Part shown: one piece after another, positions 10,637 to 23,391 of the stretch | Numbering within the stretch: the first letter of the stretch is position 1 | How the letters are laid out: every line of letters starts with the position of its first letter | NCBI GenBank assembly: GCA_963665115.1 | Contig: OY762007.1 | Coordinates: 1,504,001 to 1,568,000, forward strand | DNA: 64,000 nucleotides | Direction of reading: 5' to 3' | Source of the DNA: an uncultured Rivularia sp. | Lineage (GTDB): Bacteria; Cyanobacteriota; Cyanobacteriia; Cyanobacteriales; Nostocaceae | The notes under the pieces: generated by a model | What the model was told of the DNA's origin: nothing | The model's input: only the letters and a program-made list of their open reading frames with translations | Database searches by the model: none | Translations under genes and position numbers: made by a program

Positions 10637-10860
10637 TGAATCATATATACCAATTTACCTGACGCTACTTAGATATTTATCAAAAAGACATAGGATTATC
10701 TCAAGTAATTTTTAGATGAGATAAACTTTAAAGCCACGGGAGAGCGAAAGTTTATCTCTCTTCTTTTTTAATTGGTATTAGGGTTATGATTTTATTCAAC
10801 GTCAGTAAAGTGCATAATTTGATATTGCCAGCACCTATATATCTATATAATTAAATAATT

Positions 10861-11027
10861 GGCGTTGCTGAATCTGAGTATGAATTTATTTTTTCCTTCA
10901 TAGTGATGCCCCCTAAATCCCCCAAAGAAGCGGGGACTTTCAATTATCTTGTTCCCCCATAATTGGGGGCTAGGGGGCAATTCATACTTTTATATGGCTA
11001 ACGCCAAGCTGCGCTAACAGCAACGCC
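10861..11027. mobile_element. MITE family A (TIR GGCGTTGCTG...CAGCAACGCC), 8-bp TSD AAATAATT
   Basis: TIRs and flanking duplication visible; small insert at 10994-11017 inside the right TIR. Confidence 0.85.
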
Positions 11028-11080
11028 AAATAATTAAATCAAATCAGCAGTTAAATTCCTTTAATGGGAAGGTTTAAGTA

Positions 11081-14000
11081 ATGTGGAGTTATTCATGTTT
11101 TGCTACTGTAATTGGAAGTGTGATGACTGCAATAGTGGGGCTGAGTACACTATGTATAGATAGCTCGGTTGCTCAAGTTACTCCGGATAATACTCTTCTT
11201 AATAATTCTCAGGTTAATCGAGTTAATAAAAGTTTGAATATCTCCGGAGGAACTTCTTCGGGAGCAAATCTATTCCATAGCTTCAAGGATTTTTCGGTTC
11301 CTACAGGTTGGGAAGCAGTTTTTCAGAATAATGCAGATATTCAAAATATTTTTACAAGAGTCACTGGTAGTTCAATTTCTCAAATAGATGGTTTAATCAA
11401 GGCTAACGGTAGCGCGAACCTTTTTTTGATGAATCCCAATGGAATTGTATTTGGCGAAAATGCTTCATTAAATATTGGCGGTTCTTTTATTGGCACATCT
11501 GCTGAAAGTATGAAATTTAGTGATGGAAGTGAATTTAGTGCAATAAATCCTCAAGCACCACCATTGTTGAAGGTTAATATTACTCCTGGTTTGCAGTATG
11601 GAACAAGTCAGCCAGGAGCAACTATTAGCAATAACGGAAATTTAACATCACAGCAAGACTTGAAATTAGTAGCTGACAAACTCGATCTACAGGGAGAATT
11701 AAAAGCAGGAAGGGATTTGACGTTACAAGCACAAGATACTGTGAAAGTACGTGACAGTGTGACGACTCCGTTTTTAGCTCAAGCAGGTGGTAATTTAACG
11801 ATTCAAGGAAATCAAGGAATTGATATTTTAGCGCTTAATCACCCAAGTCAGTCACCGTTTGTGAGTGGGGGAAATTTAAGCTTAATTAGCGATGGAATTA
11901 TTTCTGGGGATGCTCGTTTTGCTAGTGGTGGAAATTTCTCGCTTGGGAGTGTATCGGGAAAGGTAGCAAATTTTGTTAGCAAATATGACCCCATAATCAG
12001 TAGTAATGGTGATGTGGATATTGCAGCTAACTATACAGGTGCATCTTTATTGGTTGAAAGTAAAGGAAATATTCGTTTTGGGGGTGATATAAATATTACT
12101 AGTCCGGATACTAGTAATTTACCTACGGGACAAGATACCGCAACTTTAAGTAATAGTACGGCGTTGATTGTACGTTCTGGGCAGAATACTTTGGCTTATG
12201 GAGGTGTTAATTCTGGTTCTGTAGCTGGATTTATGAGTGGAACCGTTACCCAGGGAATTACCATAGATGGAAATGTTTTTTTACAACCGTTTAATGGTGC
12301 TGGGGGGATAGTTGACTTATCGGCAGCGTTAGGGAATGTAACTGTTAAAGGAATCACAACTAATGGGGGTGAAATTAACATCAAAGCTGATAATGGTAGT
12401 ATTACCACAGGCATTTTAAATTCTTCCTCACTATCTAATTCCGACAGCAATCGAAAGGGTGGTGATATTACATTAAGCGCTAAAGGCAGCATTAACACTG
12501 GTAGTTTGTTCTCTGCTTCATTCTCTGGTTCTGATAATGCTGGAAATGGCGGTGCAATTAATCTTGAAAGCTCTGATAGTATCAACATCGCTGACACTTG
12601 GAACTCTCAACCTGGAGCTTTTGTAAGTGGTGCCTTGAATTCTTCATCATTCTCTCCTAATAACATAGCGGAAAAAGGCGGTGAAATTAACCTGGTTGCT
12701 AGCAATGGTATCAATATCACTGGTAATTCTTATGCTTACTCGCTGTCTTTTGAAGGCATCGCAGGAGATGGAGGTGATATTCGCCTTGAATCTAAAAATG
12801 GTATTATTACGGCTGGTAATTTAAACGCTAACTCCAGCTCTTATTCTGGCACATCTGGAAATGGCGGCGCGATCGCCTTAACTGCCGATGCCAACATTAC
12901 CACGGCTGGTATCAACTCAGAAGCATTAGGTAGTGGCAATGGTGGAGATATTACTCTTGCAAGTAATGCAGGAGCTATTGATACCACTAGAGGTACAGTT
13001 ACATCTCAAATTAAGAATAATTTAGTTAATAATCGCCGTGCAGGAAATATCTTTTTTAGAGCCAAAGGAGATATTCAAACCGCTAAAGTTAATGCATCCG
13101 CTGGAGAATTGAAGGAAAATTTTGGTAATGGTGGTGATATTAACTTAAAAGCTGACGGTAATATTACTTTGGGTACAGATGCTTCTATTTTTTCCGATGG
13201 CTTACTTGGAGGTAATATCACCTTTAATAGCAATGGTGACATCTCAATAACAGGTACTGCTACTGTTGAGCAGTTAAAAGGAATAGAGGAACGAGAAAAA
13301 GTGACTAATATCAGGAGCAGCAGTTTCTACTAATATTAGTTCTGAGGAGGCTAACGGTGGCGCAATTACTATTAACGGGGACTCTATTTTTATAAACAAC
13401 AGTCGAATCAACGGAGTAACTTATGGTAAAGCCAATGTTGGTTCAATTAACCTAAATGCTAATTCGCGCTTGCAATTAGAAACTAGCCATGTAGCTGGTG
13501 AAAATTTTGGTCAAGGTAATGTTGCTCCAATCAAAGTCAATGGTAGTCCGATTGTACTTAGGAATAGTAGCATTAACGGAATAAATTGGGGAAAAGGTAG
13601 TGTAGGTTCAATCAGCGTGACTGGTGGTGAAAAGTTTGAGCTTGAAAATAGCAGTATCTTTAATACGGATGTAAATAGTGGAAATGGAGTTGGAACAGTT
13701 ACGGTAACTGCTGAGTCAGTTGTGATGAAGAATAGGGGTAGTGTTAGCAGCCGGGGCAATAATCAAGGTAATGCGGGAGTTACAATCGCTGCAACCAATG
13801 GCTCAGTTGAAATTAATGATGGAAGTGTTACAGCAGATCGAGGCAACAAACCACTCAATATCACCGCTACTGATTCTGTCTCAATTACCAACAATAGCTA
13901 CATTGACACTCGTAGCTTTAATAGAGGTGGAGCAATTAACATAACCGCTAACTCGGTTTTGGTTGATAACTCCAGGATACGTAGTGGTGATAGCAGGCAG

Positions 14001-15408
14001 GGGGGTGGTTCGATAACCATTGATGCGGTTGATTCAATTAAAATTGCAAATAATAGCAAACTTACCAGCCGAACCTTTGGTAGAGGTGACTCAGGAGATA
14101 TTACGCTAGATGCTGATGCGATCTCACTACTAGATAGCGTAATCGATAGCAAAACTTTAGATGAAGGTAATGCTGGGCAAACTAAAATAACCGCTAATCG
14201 CTTCCTAGCTGATAATAGTGAAATTCTGACAACAGTAGGTGTTGATAGTGATGATAGAGCAGTCGGAAATGGTGGTAATATTAATATCACTACAGCTTTA
14301 TTTTCTGCTATTAATGGTACTGCTCTGCGTTCAAGTACCCTTAGAGAAGGAAATGCTGGTAATGTAAAAATTACTGCTCCTGATGGTGTCTTATTTAGTA
14401 GTGGAAGTAGTGTATTCAGCGAGGTAGAACAGACTGCGAGGGGGAATGGAGGTAATATTGATATTATTACCGACTCGCTTTCTCTCAATCAAAATGCTCA
14501 ACTGAGTTCTAGTACTTCTGGACTTGGTAAAGCAGGAGATATAAATTTAATAACTAAAACTCTTACTCTTGAAAGTGGAGGTAAAGTCTCCGCTACAGCG
14601 ACTGAAACCGCTAGCCAAGGAAAAGCTGGTGCATTAACAGTTAATGCTAATTCAATATTATTAGACAACCAAGGACAAATTCGTGCCGATACAACTGGAG
14701 GAGGTGGAGACGTTTTTGTTAACTCTCCTCTTTTAGTATTACGTCGTGGTAGCAGTATAACTACTAATGCCAGTGGTGAAAATATTACTGGCGGTAATAT
14801 TACAATTGATGGCGAAAATGGTTTTATCATTGCCCTTCCCTGGGAAAATAGCGATATCCGTGCAGATTCTCAAAACTTCCGTGGTGGGAATGTGACAATT
14901 AAAAATACTGCTGGTATTTATGGTATTCAGTCAAGAAAAGAACCATTGCCAAATTCAAGCGATATTACTGCAAAAGGAGCAACCCCAGATTTAAGTGGCA
15001 ATATACAAGTTAATCCACCAGAATTAGACCCCAACAACGGTTTAATAGAACTTCCCGTTAATCTTGTTGATGCTTCCAATCAAATATCCAACGCTTGTAC
15101 TCCCGGAGGTTCGCAATTTGATAACGAATTTGTGGTAACTGGGAGGGGTGGTTTACCAATGAGTCCGACGGAAATATTACAAGAAACTAATACTTTGTCT
15201 AGTTTCTTGGGTGAGATTAGGAATAACTGATGGGGATTTGGTCACGGATGGAAATTCACGTGAAAATAAAGTTAAGAAAAGAAGTCAAATTGTTGAAGCT
15301 ACTGGTTGGGTAGTTGATAAGGGTGGGAATATCGAGTTTGTTGCTCAAACCAATCGAGTTAATCCCCAAAGTAAAAAGCAAACTGCTTCTTGTAATGTAT
15401 CTAAGTGA
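11081..15408 (+). CDS. Filamentous haemagglutinin family exoprotein (one gene; +1 frameshifts near 13324 and 15203)
   Basis: TPS N-domain, beta-helix repeats, C-terminal [27 protein letters not shown]; removing one T at each AGTTTC restores one frame. Confidence 0.85.
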
Positions 15409-15471
15409 AACACAAAAATATCAAAAATCTCTTTCAGCTGCTTTTTATTCCCTACTTCCTAAATTAATGAA

Positions 15472-18115
15472 ATGGCAAAATTTCAGGATCTCAAACATTT
15501 CTCAAAATTTACTGCTAAAAATATCATTCTATTTACTCTTGCTTTTTTATTAACTATTACTCCTAGCACTTTCGCTAAACAACCAGAATCAATTTTTTTA
15601 GGTCAAACTCAAACAATCAAATTCGCAGCTACCAATCCAGAGCAACTTCTCGAACAAGGAGAAGCACAATATCTGCAAGGAAACTTTAAAAGTGCGATCG
15701 CCATTCTTCAACAAGCTGCAAAGATATTTCAACGAGACAATAATAACCTGGGACAAGCCGCAGCGCTGACTAATCTTTCTACGGTTTATCAGAAACTTGG
15801 TAATTGGGAAGAAGCTAATGCAGTTATCAATCAAAGTTTAAATTTACTTGGTTGGGATAATTCTTTTTCGGAGCCGAATATTAACAAGAGCAATTCTGTA
15901 TTGTGGGAAGTTATGGCACAAACTCTCGAACTTCGGGCTGGATTATTACTAAAACAAGGAAAGCCTTCGGAATCTTTTGATATATCGCAGCATTCAGAGC
16001 AAATCTATCAGAAATTAAATAATAGTACGGGAGTAACGCGCAGTCTTATCAACCAAGCACAAGCTTTACGAGTTTCTGGTTTTTATCGTCGCAGCTTAAA
16101 TATATTAAAGCAGGTATCTCAAAATTTACAGGCTCAACCTGACTCCCCCGTTAAAGTCGCAGCCCTACGAACTCTGGGAAATACTCACCAACAATTAGGT
16201 AATTTAGAAGAATCCCAGAAAGTTTTACTACAAAGCTTAGAAATTGCTCGTCGTCTGCAATCACCCTCTGAAATAGCTTTAACACAATTTAGTCTCGGTA
16301 ATACTGCTAGGTCATTAGGTAATAGCGATCAATATAAACAAACTGCAATTAATTATTATCAAAAAGCTGCTCAAATTGCACCGAATCCTCTAACAAAAAT
16401 TCAAGCTCAAATCAATCAATTCAGTTTGATGGTTGAGAAGGGAGATTTAACACGAGCGAAAACATTAGTACCAATAATCCAATCTCAATTATCTAACTTA
16501 CCAGAAAATCAAATTGGTATTTATGCACGGATAAATTTTGCTCGCACTTTAATTAAAGCTAAAATTAGCAGTAAAAAAGATATTGCCAAGATTTTAGCAA
16601 CAAGCTTACAGCAAGCTAAAAATATAGGTGACGAGCGTGCCCAATCTTATGCTAATGGTAGCTTAGGAGAACTTTACGAACAAAACAATCAGTTAGAAGA
16701 AGCACGGAATTTAACTCAAAAAGCTTTATTTATTGCTCAAAAAAATGATGCTTCCGATATAGCTTATCTTTGGGAATGGCAGTTAGGACGATTGCTAAAA
16801 GCACAAAGCAATATTTCAGCAGCGATATCTGCATATGATAGCGCAGTTGCAACCCTTGATTCTCTTCGCAGTGATTTAACAGCAGTTAACCGAGAAGTAC
16901 AGTTTAATTTTCGCGATACCGTAGAACCGATTTATCGTCAGTCAGTAGAACTACTTTTACAGCCCAAAAGTGGAGCGAAACCCGATTTAGATAAAGTACG
17001 TAAGCGAATAGAAGCTTTACAATTAGCAGAACTAGATAATTATTTTCGAGAAGCTTGTTTAAACAATCAATTTGTTGTACTCGATGAAGTTGTAGACCGC
17101 GATAATATTAATACTGCCATCTTTTATCCAATTATTTTAGACGAACGATTAGAAATTATTCTGAAGCTTCCTAATAAAAAATTAATACATAAAACTTCTA
17201 CCATTAGCAGTAAAAAATTAGAGAAATTGATTGTACAAATGCGAGAACAAATAGTTGAACCCGATAGAATTTCACAGCTTCAACAAGCTTCCGTAGCTCT
17301 TTATAACTTATTGATTCAACCAGTAGAAACTGAGTTGAAAAATAGTAAAATTAAAACTTTGGTGTTTATCCCCGATGGTTCGCTGCGAAATATTCCAATG
17401 GCTGCACTGTACGATGGTGAAAAGTATTTAGTGCAAAAGTATGCTATTGCTATTAGTCCGGGATTACAGTTATTTACTCCCAAATCTTTAGCAAGACAAG
17501 AACTAACTGCTCTTGCTGGTGGATTATCAGAAATACCCAAAAGCGAAAAAGATAAATTTGCAGCACTTCCTAATGTTGTACAAGAGTTAAAATCAATTAA
17601 AGAATCAGGAGTATCAACGGTCACGCTATTTAATGACCAATTTACAAGTATTATTTTAGAAGAAAAAATCAACGCCAAACCTTTCGAGGGTCGTTCACCT
17701 TGCCACTCACGGACAGTTTAGCTCAAACCCAAATGAGACTTTTATATTAGCATCAGATAAACGTATTAAAGTTGGCGAATTAGACAATTTGCTCAAAAGT
17801 CGAGAGCAAAAACGAACACAACCAATCGAACTGCTTGTTTTAAGCGCTTGCGAAACAGCATCAGGAGATAACCGTGCTGCTTTGGGATTAGCAGGAGTAG
17901 CTTTAAGTGCGGGTGCAAGAAGTACTTTAGCTTCTTTATGGCAGATTGGAGATAATTCCACAGCTAGTTTTATTGATGAATTTTACCGTCAGTTAATGAC
18001 TGGTAAAACCACCGCAGAAGCTTTAAGAGAAGCTCAAGTGAAAATGCTTGCAACTCCAGAATACAGTCTTCCCATGTACTGGGCACCTTATGTTCTAGTT
18101 GGTAATTGGCTATAG
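15472..18115 (+). CDS. TPR-CHAT domain protein (frameshift near 17689)
   Basis: Signal peptide/TM, TPRs, FIPDGSLRNIPMAAL; removing one G restores VVHLATHGQF; LSACET and PMYWAPYVLVGNWL, so catalytic His and Cys are present. Confidence 0.9.
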
Positions 18116-18130
18116 AAATTTATATTTATG

Positions 18131-18314
18131 GGCATTGCTGAATAAAGATATGAACTCCTAATTGGTATCTAACAACAGCCCCCTAAATCCCCCAATTTTG
18201 GGGGACTTTAAGATATATTTCTCCCCCAGAATTGGGGGTTGGGGGGCTTTAAGATATATTTCTCCCCCAGAATTGGGGGTTGGGGGGCTATTCATATTTT
18301 GATTAAGCAACGCC
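18131..18314. mobile_element. MITE family A with two internal ~40-bp units
   Basis: GGCATTGCTG...AGCAACGCC ends; flanks TATTTATG/TATTTATA. Confidence 0.8.
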
Positions 18315-18468
18315 TATTTATAGATACTCGCGAGTATATTGTCAACAAAAAAATCATTCTCTCCCCTCTTCCCCCTACCTATTTTCAGCAATAATTTTTT
18401 GTGAAAGTGAATAACTAGATTTTCCTCGTACCTATATAGTTAATAGAAGATTCCATGCTAAATTTCCT

Positions 18469-21400
18469 GTGAAAGCGGAGAGAGCAATGTCTAGCAAAAG
18501 ATTTGTATTGGAAATAGCAATTGTAGTTGGGAGTCTATTCGCTTTTTATGCAAATAGTGCGATCGCTCAAATAACTCCCGATGCAACTCTACCAAATAAT
18601 ACCAATGTAAATGAAAATCTAGTTGACAAAACCTTCAACATCACCGGAGGAAGCGCTTCGGGAGGAAATTTATTCCATAGCTTCAAGGAATTTTCGGTTC
18701 CCACTGATTCGACAGCATTTTTTGATAACCGTGCAGATATTCAAAATATTATTAACCGAGTTACGGGTAGTTCGATTTCTAATATTGATGGTTTAATCAA
18801 AGCTAACGGTAGCGCGAACCTATTTTTAATTAATCCCAATGGAATTGTATTTGGTGAAAATGCGCGGTTGGATATTGGTGGTTCTTTTATTGGCACATCT
18901 GCCGAAAGTATGAAATTTAGTGATGGTTCTGAATTTAGTGCGGTAAATCCTCAATCTGAACCTTTGTTAACAGTAAGTGTTCCTTTGGGTTTGCAATTTG
19001 GGACAAATCCCGGTTCGATTCAGGTACGAGGAAACGGTGAAGGAGCAAGAGATTTTGATTCTCCGATTATTGAAATTATTGATACACAAGATGCATTGCG
19101 GGTAGAAGCCGACAAAACTTTAGCCTTGGTTGGTGGAGATATTAACTTAGAAGGAGCAACGCTGAAAACTGCTGGGGGAAGAATAGAATTAGGTAGTGTC
19201 GGGGAAAATAGTTTAGTTAATCTAGTGCCTACCAATAAAGGTTTTGTTTTGGATTATGGTGGTGTAGCAAATTTTCGAGAGATTCAATTATCCCAGCAAG
19301 CGAATATCGATGCAAGCGGAGAAGGTGCTGGGGATATTCAAGTGCAAGGTAAACGTATCACCCTTACGGATGGTTCGTGGATAGAGACAAGCACTTTGGG
19401 AGCAAAGCCGGGAGGAGATTTAGTCGTTAATGCAACTGAGTCAGTAGAAATAATTTCTCAAAGCGCCTTGTTTGCTAATGTTTATCCAGGCTCAACTGGG
19501 GATGCAGGAAATTTAAAAATTGAAACTGCTCAGTTACTTGTACGAGATGGGGGACAAATAAATGCTAGTACATTTGGTAGCGGCAAAGGTGGAAATTTGA
19601 ATGTCACCGCCACCGAAACTATAGAAGTTATTGGTACCTCTGCTGACGGTAAGTTTCGCAGTGGTTTGTTTGCTCAAACTCAGGGTTCAGAGGATGCAGG
19701 AGATTTAACAATTGAAACTGCTCGGTTACTTCTAGAAGATGGGGCACAAATAGGTGTTGGTACATTTGGTAGCGGCAAAGGTGGAAATTTGAATGTCACT
19801 GCTACCGAAAATATAGAAGTTATTGGTAGGTCTGCCGATGGTCTGTTTCCCAGTGGTTTGTTTGCTTCATCGGAGTCAGGCTCAACCAGTGATGCAGGAG
19901 ATTTAACAATTGAAACTGCTCAGTTACTTGTACGAGATGGGGCACGAATAAGTGTTAGTACAACGGGTGAAGGTAAAGGTGGAAATTTGAATGTCACCGC
20001 TACCGAAACTATAGAAGTTATTGGTGAGTCTGATGATGGTAAGTTTAGCAGTGGTTTGCTTGCTCGATCTGTTCGGGGTTCAACCAGGGGACGCGGGAGA
20101 TGCAGGAAATTTAACAATTAAAACTGCTCAGTTACTTGTACGAGATGGGGCAATAATAGATGCAGGTACATTTGGTAGCGGCAAAGGTGGAAATTTGAAT
20201 GTCACCGCCGCCGATACTATAGAAGTTATTGGTACCTCCGCTGATGGTAACTTTCCGAGTAGTTTGTTTACTTCGTCTGCGGGTTCAGGAGATGCTGGAG
20301 ATTTAACAATTGAAACTGCTCAGTTACTTGTACGAGATGGGGCGCAAATAGGTGCTAGTACATTTGGTAGCGGCAGGGGTGGAAATTTGAATGTCACCGC
20401 CACCGATACTATAGAAGTTATTAGTCAGTCTGCTAACGGCAATTTTGCCAGTGGTTTGTTTGCTCAAACTCAGGGTTCAGAGGATGCAGGAGATTTAACA
20501 ATTGAAACTGCTCGGTTACTTCTAGAAGATGGGGCACAAATAGGTGCTGGTACATTTGGTAGCGGCAAAGGTGGAAATTTGAATGTCACCGCCACCGATA
20601 CTATAAAAGTTATTGGTACCTCTGCTGATGGTCAGTTTGCCAGTGGTTTGTTTGCTTCATCTGAGTCAGGCTCAACGGGGGATGCAGGAGATTTAAATGT
20701 AAATAGCAATACTTTGTTAATCAATCAAGGAAAAGTATCTGTTGAAAGCAATGGGGCAGGAAATGCCGGGGATCTTAACATCAATGCTAACTCCCTGCGC
20801 TTAGATAATAACGCCATAGTTTCCGCAAATACCCAAAGTGTAAATAAAGACCCTAGTAATCCCCAGGCAAATATTAATATCAACTCACGAGATTTAATCC
20901 TACGTCGGAACAGTAACATTACCACTAACGCCACAAAAGAAAACGTCATCGGTGGCAATATTAATATTGATGCTGGAGCAATAGGGGTTTTTGAACAAAG
21001 CCGCATCAGCGCCAACTCCAGCAACTTTCGTGGTGGTCGAGTCACAATCAATACCCAAGGTTTATTTGGCACGCAGCTTTGGTATCCAGAAACTCTCAAA
21101 GGTTTTATCACCGCTACAGGAGCAACACCCCTATTAAGCGGTGAGGTGCAAGTCAACACGCAAATAGACCCCAGTAGCGGCTTAATAGAACTCCCAGTTA
21201 ATCTAGTTGATGCTGCCAACCAAATATCTAATGCTTGCACTCCTGGAGGTAGTCAATTTGATAACGAATTTTCAATTACAGGAAGAGGTGGTTTACCCAT
21301 AAGTCCCACCGAACCTTTGCAAGAAACTAATACTTTGCAAGCTTGGGTAAAATTAAAACCACAAACAACAAATACAACTATTAAACTGCGACCAAGAACA

Positions 21401-21559
21401 ACTAGTAATAACAATAAAGTTACTCAAATCAAACAAATTGTCGAAGCTACTGGTTGGATAGTTGATAAAGATGGAAATATCGAATTTGTTGCAGATGCAA
21501 ATCGAGTTAATCCCCGCAATCACAGCCAAACTCCCGCTGATTGCAAGGTGTCTGGATGA
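18469..21559 (+). CDS. Filamentous haemagglutinin family exoprotein with ~60-aa internal repeats (frameshift near 20088)
   Basis: TPS N-domain; repeats DAGDLTIETAQLLVRDGAQI..TFGSGKGGNLNVTAT; same C-terminal module as 11081-15408. Confidence 0.88.
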
Positions 21560-21580
21560 TATTAGCGGATTATTGTAATC

Positions 21581-21684
21581 TATAGCAATCCTAGATGAGT
21601 CGTGGAAAAGGTAGGTGCCAGAAACCCGGTTTTTCCAAAAAAACCGGGTTTCTAAAATCTCACAAATGATTTAGGAATGCAATA
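21581..21684. mobile_element. MITE-like element (TATAGCAATCCTA... ends) with internal palindrome GAAACCCGGTTTT/AAAACCGGGTTTC
   Basis: Imperfect terminal inverted repeats and internal hairpin visible. Confidence 0.65.
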
Positions 21685-21740
21685 TATTTGATTACCTCAG
21701 AGTTTTTTTAATTTTGGATATTAAAGGATATTTGTAAAGT

Positions 21741-21938
21741 CTAAATCCTCTTAGACAGAAATTTTAAATAAGTCGCAGTTGCCTCCTTTGAATTTTCGAT
21801 TAGTAGCAAATGTCCAGCCTTTGGTAATCGGATGACTTGGGTTCGGGGAATACAGCGTTGCAATCGAGAGGCTCCACTAATGTCATAGATTTTATCTTCT
21901 GTACCCCAAATCGCAAGGGTGGGAAGTTGAGGCGATCG
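21741..21938 (-). pseudogene. C-terminal remnant of an alpha/beta hydrolase
   Basis: Hand translation RSPQLPTLAIWGTEDKIYDISGASRLQRCIPRTQVIRLPKAGHLLLIENSKEATATYLKFLSKRI* (WGxxD and AGH motifs); no start codon; breaks at the HIP1 site 21932-21939. Confidence 0.75.
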
Positions 21939-21940
21939 CC

Positions 21941-22140
21941 TTGGGGACTTTAAGATATATTTCTCCCCCAGAATTGGGGGTTGGGGGACTTTAATATCAA
22001 TTTCTCCCCCAGAATTGGGGGTTGGGGGGCTTTAAGATATATTTCTCCCCCAGAATTGGGGGTTGGGGGGCTATTCATACTTTGATATGGCTAACGCCAC
22101 GCTGAGCCACACGCTCCGCGTGAACGCTAACAGCAACGCC
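21941..22140. mobile_element. MITE family A, left end missing, three internal units
   Basis: Unit TTTAAGATATATTTCTCCCCCAGAATTGGGGGTTGGGGG repeated three times; right TIR with nested insert 22087-22130. Confidence 0.8.
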
Positions 22141-22202
22141 AAATTTCTAAACCTGTCTAACCCAACCTACTAACTCAAAAGCTGAAAATAATAGTTTTAA
22201 CT

Positions 22203-23023
22203 TTACTGTTGATTAATCGAATTCACCTCATGAGCGGTAGCGATACCATCTAAATTCACCGATTGCAATAAACTTTGCCAATCTTGTTCAACAGAGGGAT
22301 TTTGAGAAGATTTACGTAGTTGTGCTAGGGTATTTAAAGCATCAAACCATATACCATTTTGTGCGTATATAGCTACCTGCTGTTGAGGATTAGCTGTTTT
22401 CAGTTGCTCTCGAATGCGATAATCAAAGTTATTCCTTTGAATATATCCCGTTACGTAAATGGGAATGCTTGGTTTCCTATTGCTGCAACGAACTTTGAAA
22501 TACCAGCGATAATTTTGACCTGTTTTTAAAGCAACTGTATTCGGAAAAGAAATTTTAACAATACCGGGTTGAGTCGGTAGCGTAATTTTTTGTCTGTGAA
22601 CATCCATACGTTTACTGTCTAACAAGCTGAATTCAGCACTTGAGCCGGTTTTTTGAGTATATGGAACGTAGAATAAAAAATTCGGTCTTTCCAAACTGGT
22701 TAGTCCTCCAACAACGCTAGTATTTGATTTATTTTGCTGTTGTGTTTGAGGTGCTAAAGCAGTTAGTCGTATGGAAACAGCAGGACAATTATCTCGACTA
22801 CCCATTCCCGTTCTACGTCCCCCGGTATCGAAGTTAATCCTTTGGGTGGTTTTGGTGGAACAAAAACTGGTTTGCGAGAGGGTGTTTTAGGAGAAACAGG
22901 TTTCCTTGATGGTTTTTGAACTGGCTTTTGTGTAGTCGCTGGTTTTTTATTTTCAGCTATTGCTTGCGGTGCATACTGGATAATACTACTTAAAATTAGC
23001 AAAATTGTTAATATTGATTTCAT
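22203..23023 (-). CDS. DUF928 domain secreted protein (frameshift near 22821)
   Basis: Signal peptide, Pro/Lys linker, restored PGRRTGMGSRDNC, LTALAP, YRWYF, YAQNGIWFDAL. Confidence 0.85.
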
Positions 23024-23149
23024 TTATCAGCTACCACTCTATAAAAAATCATCAGTAGTTTTACTACGTGAATCTTTAATTTATAGGAGACAACTGGTTT
23101 GAATTATGCAGAAACTGAGCGTTCGTAAATGATTAAGTTACACAATAAA

Positions 23150-23290
23150 AGCCCCCTAAATCCCCTGCCCCCGTGACCCCCAATGCTGGGGGTAATGGGG
23201 AACTTTGAAATATATTTCTCCCCCATAATTGGGGGTTGGGGGGCTATTCATATTTTGATATGGCTAAGTTTACGCTTTGCTAACAGCAAC
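23150..23290. repeat. Degenerate MITE family A copy
   Basis: CCCCTAAATCCCC core, TTCTCCCCCATAATTGGGGGTTGGGGGGCTATTCATA, decayed right TIR. Confidence 0.7.
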
Positions 23291-23391
23291 TTTAGTTTTT
23301 CTATTCCCTACTCCCTAATAACAATATTTTCTGTACCTTATTAAGATGAAATCTGTTGTAACTTAAGCTCATGACCGGAACAAAGCAACTA

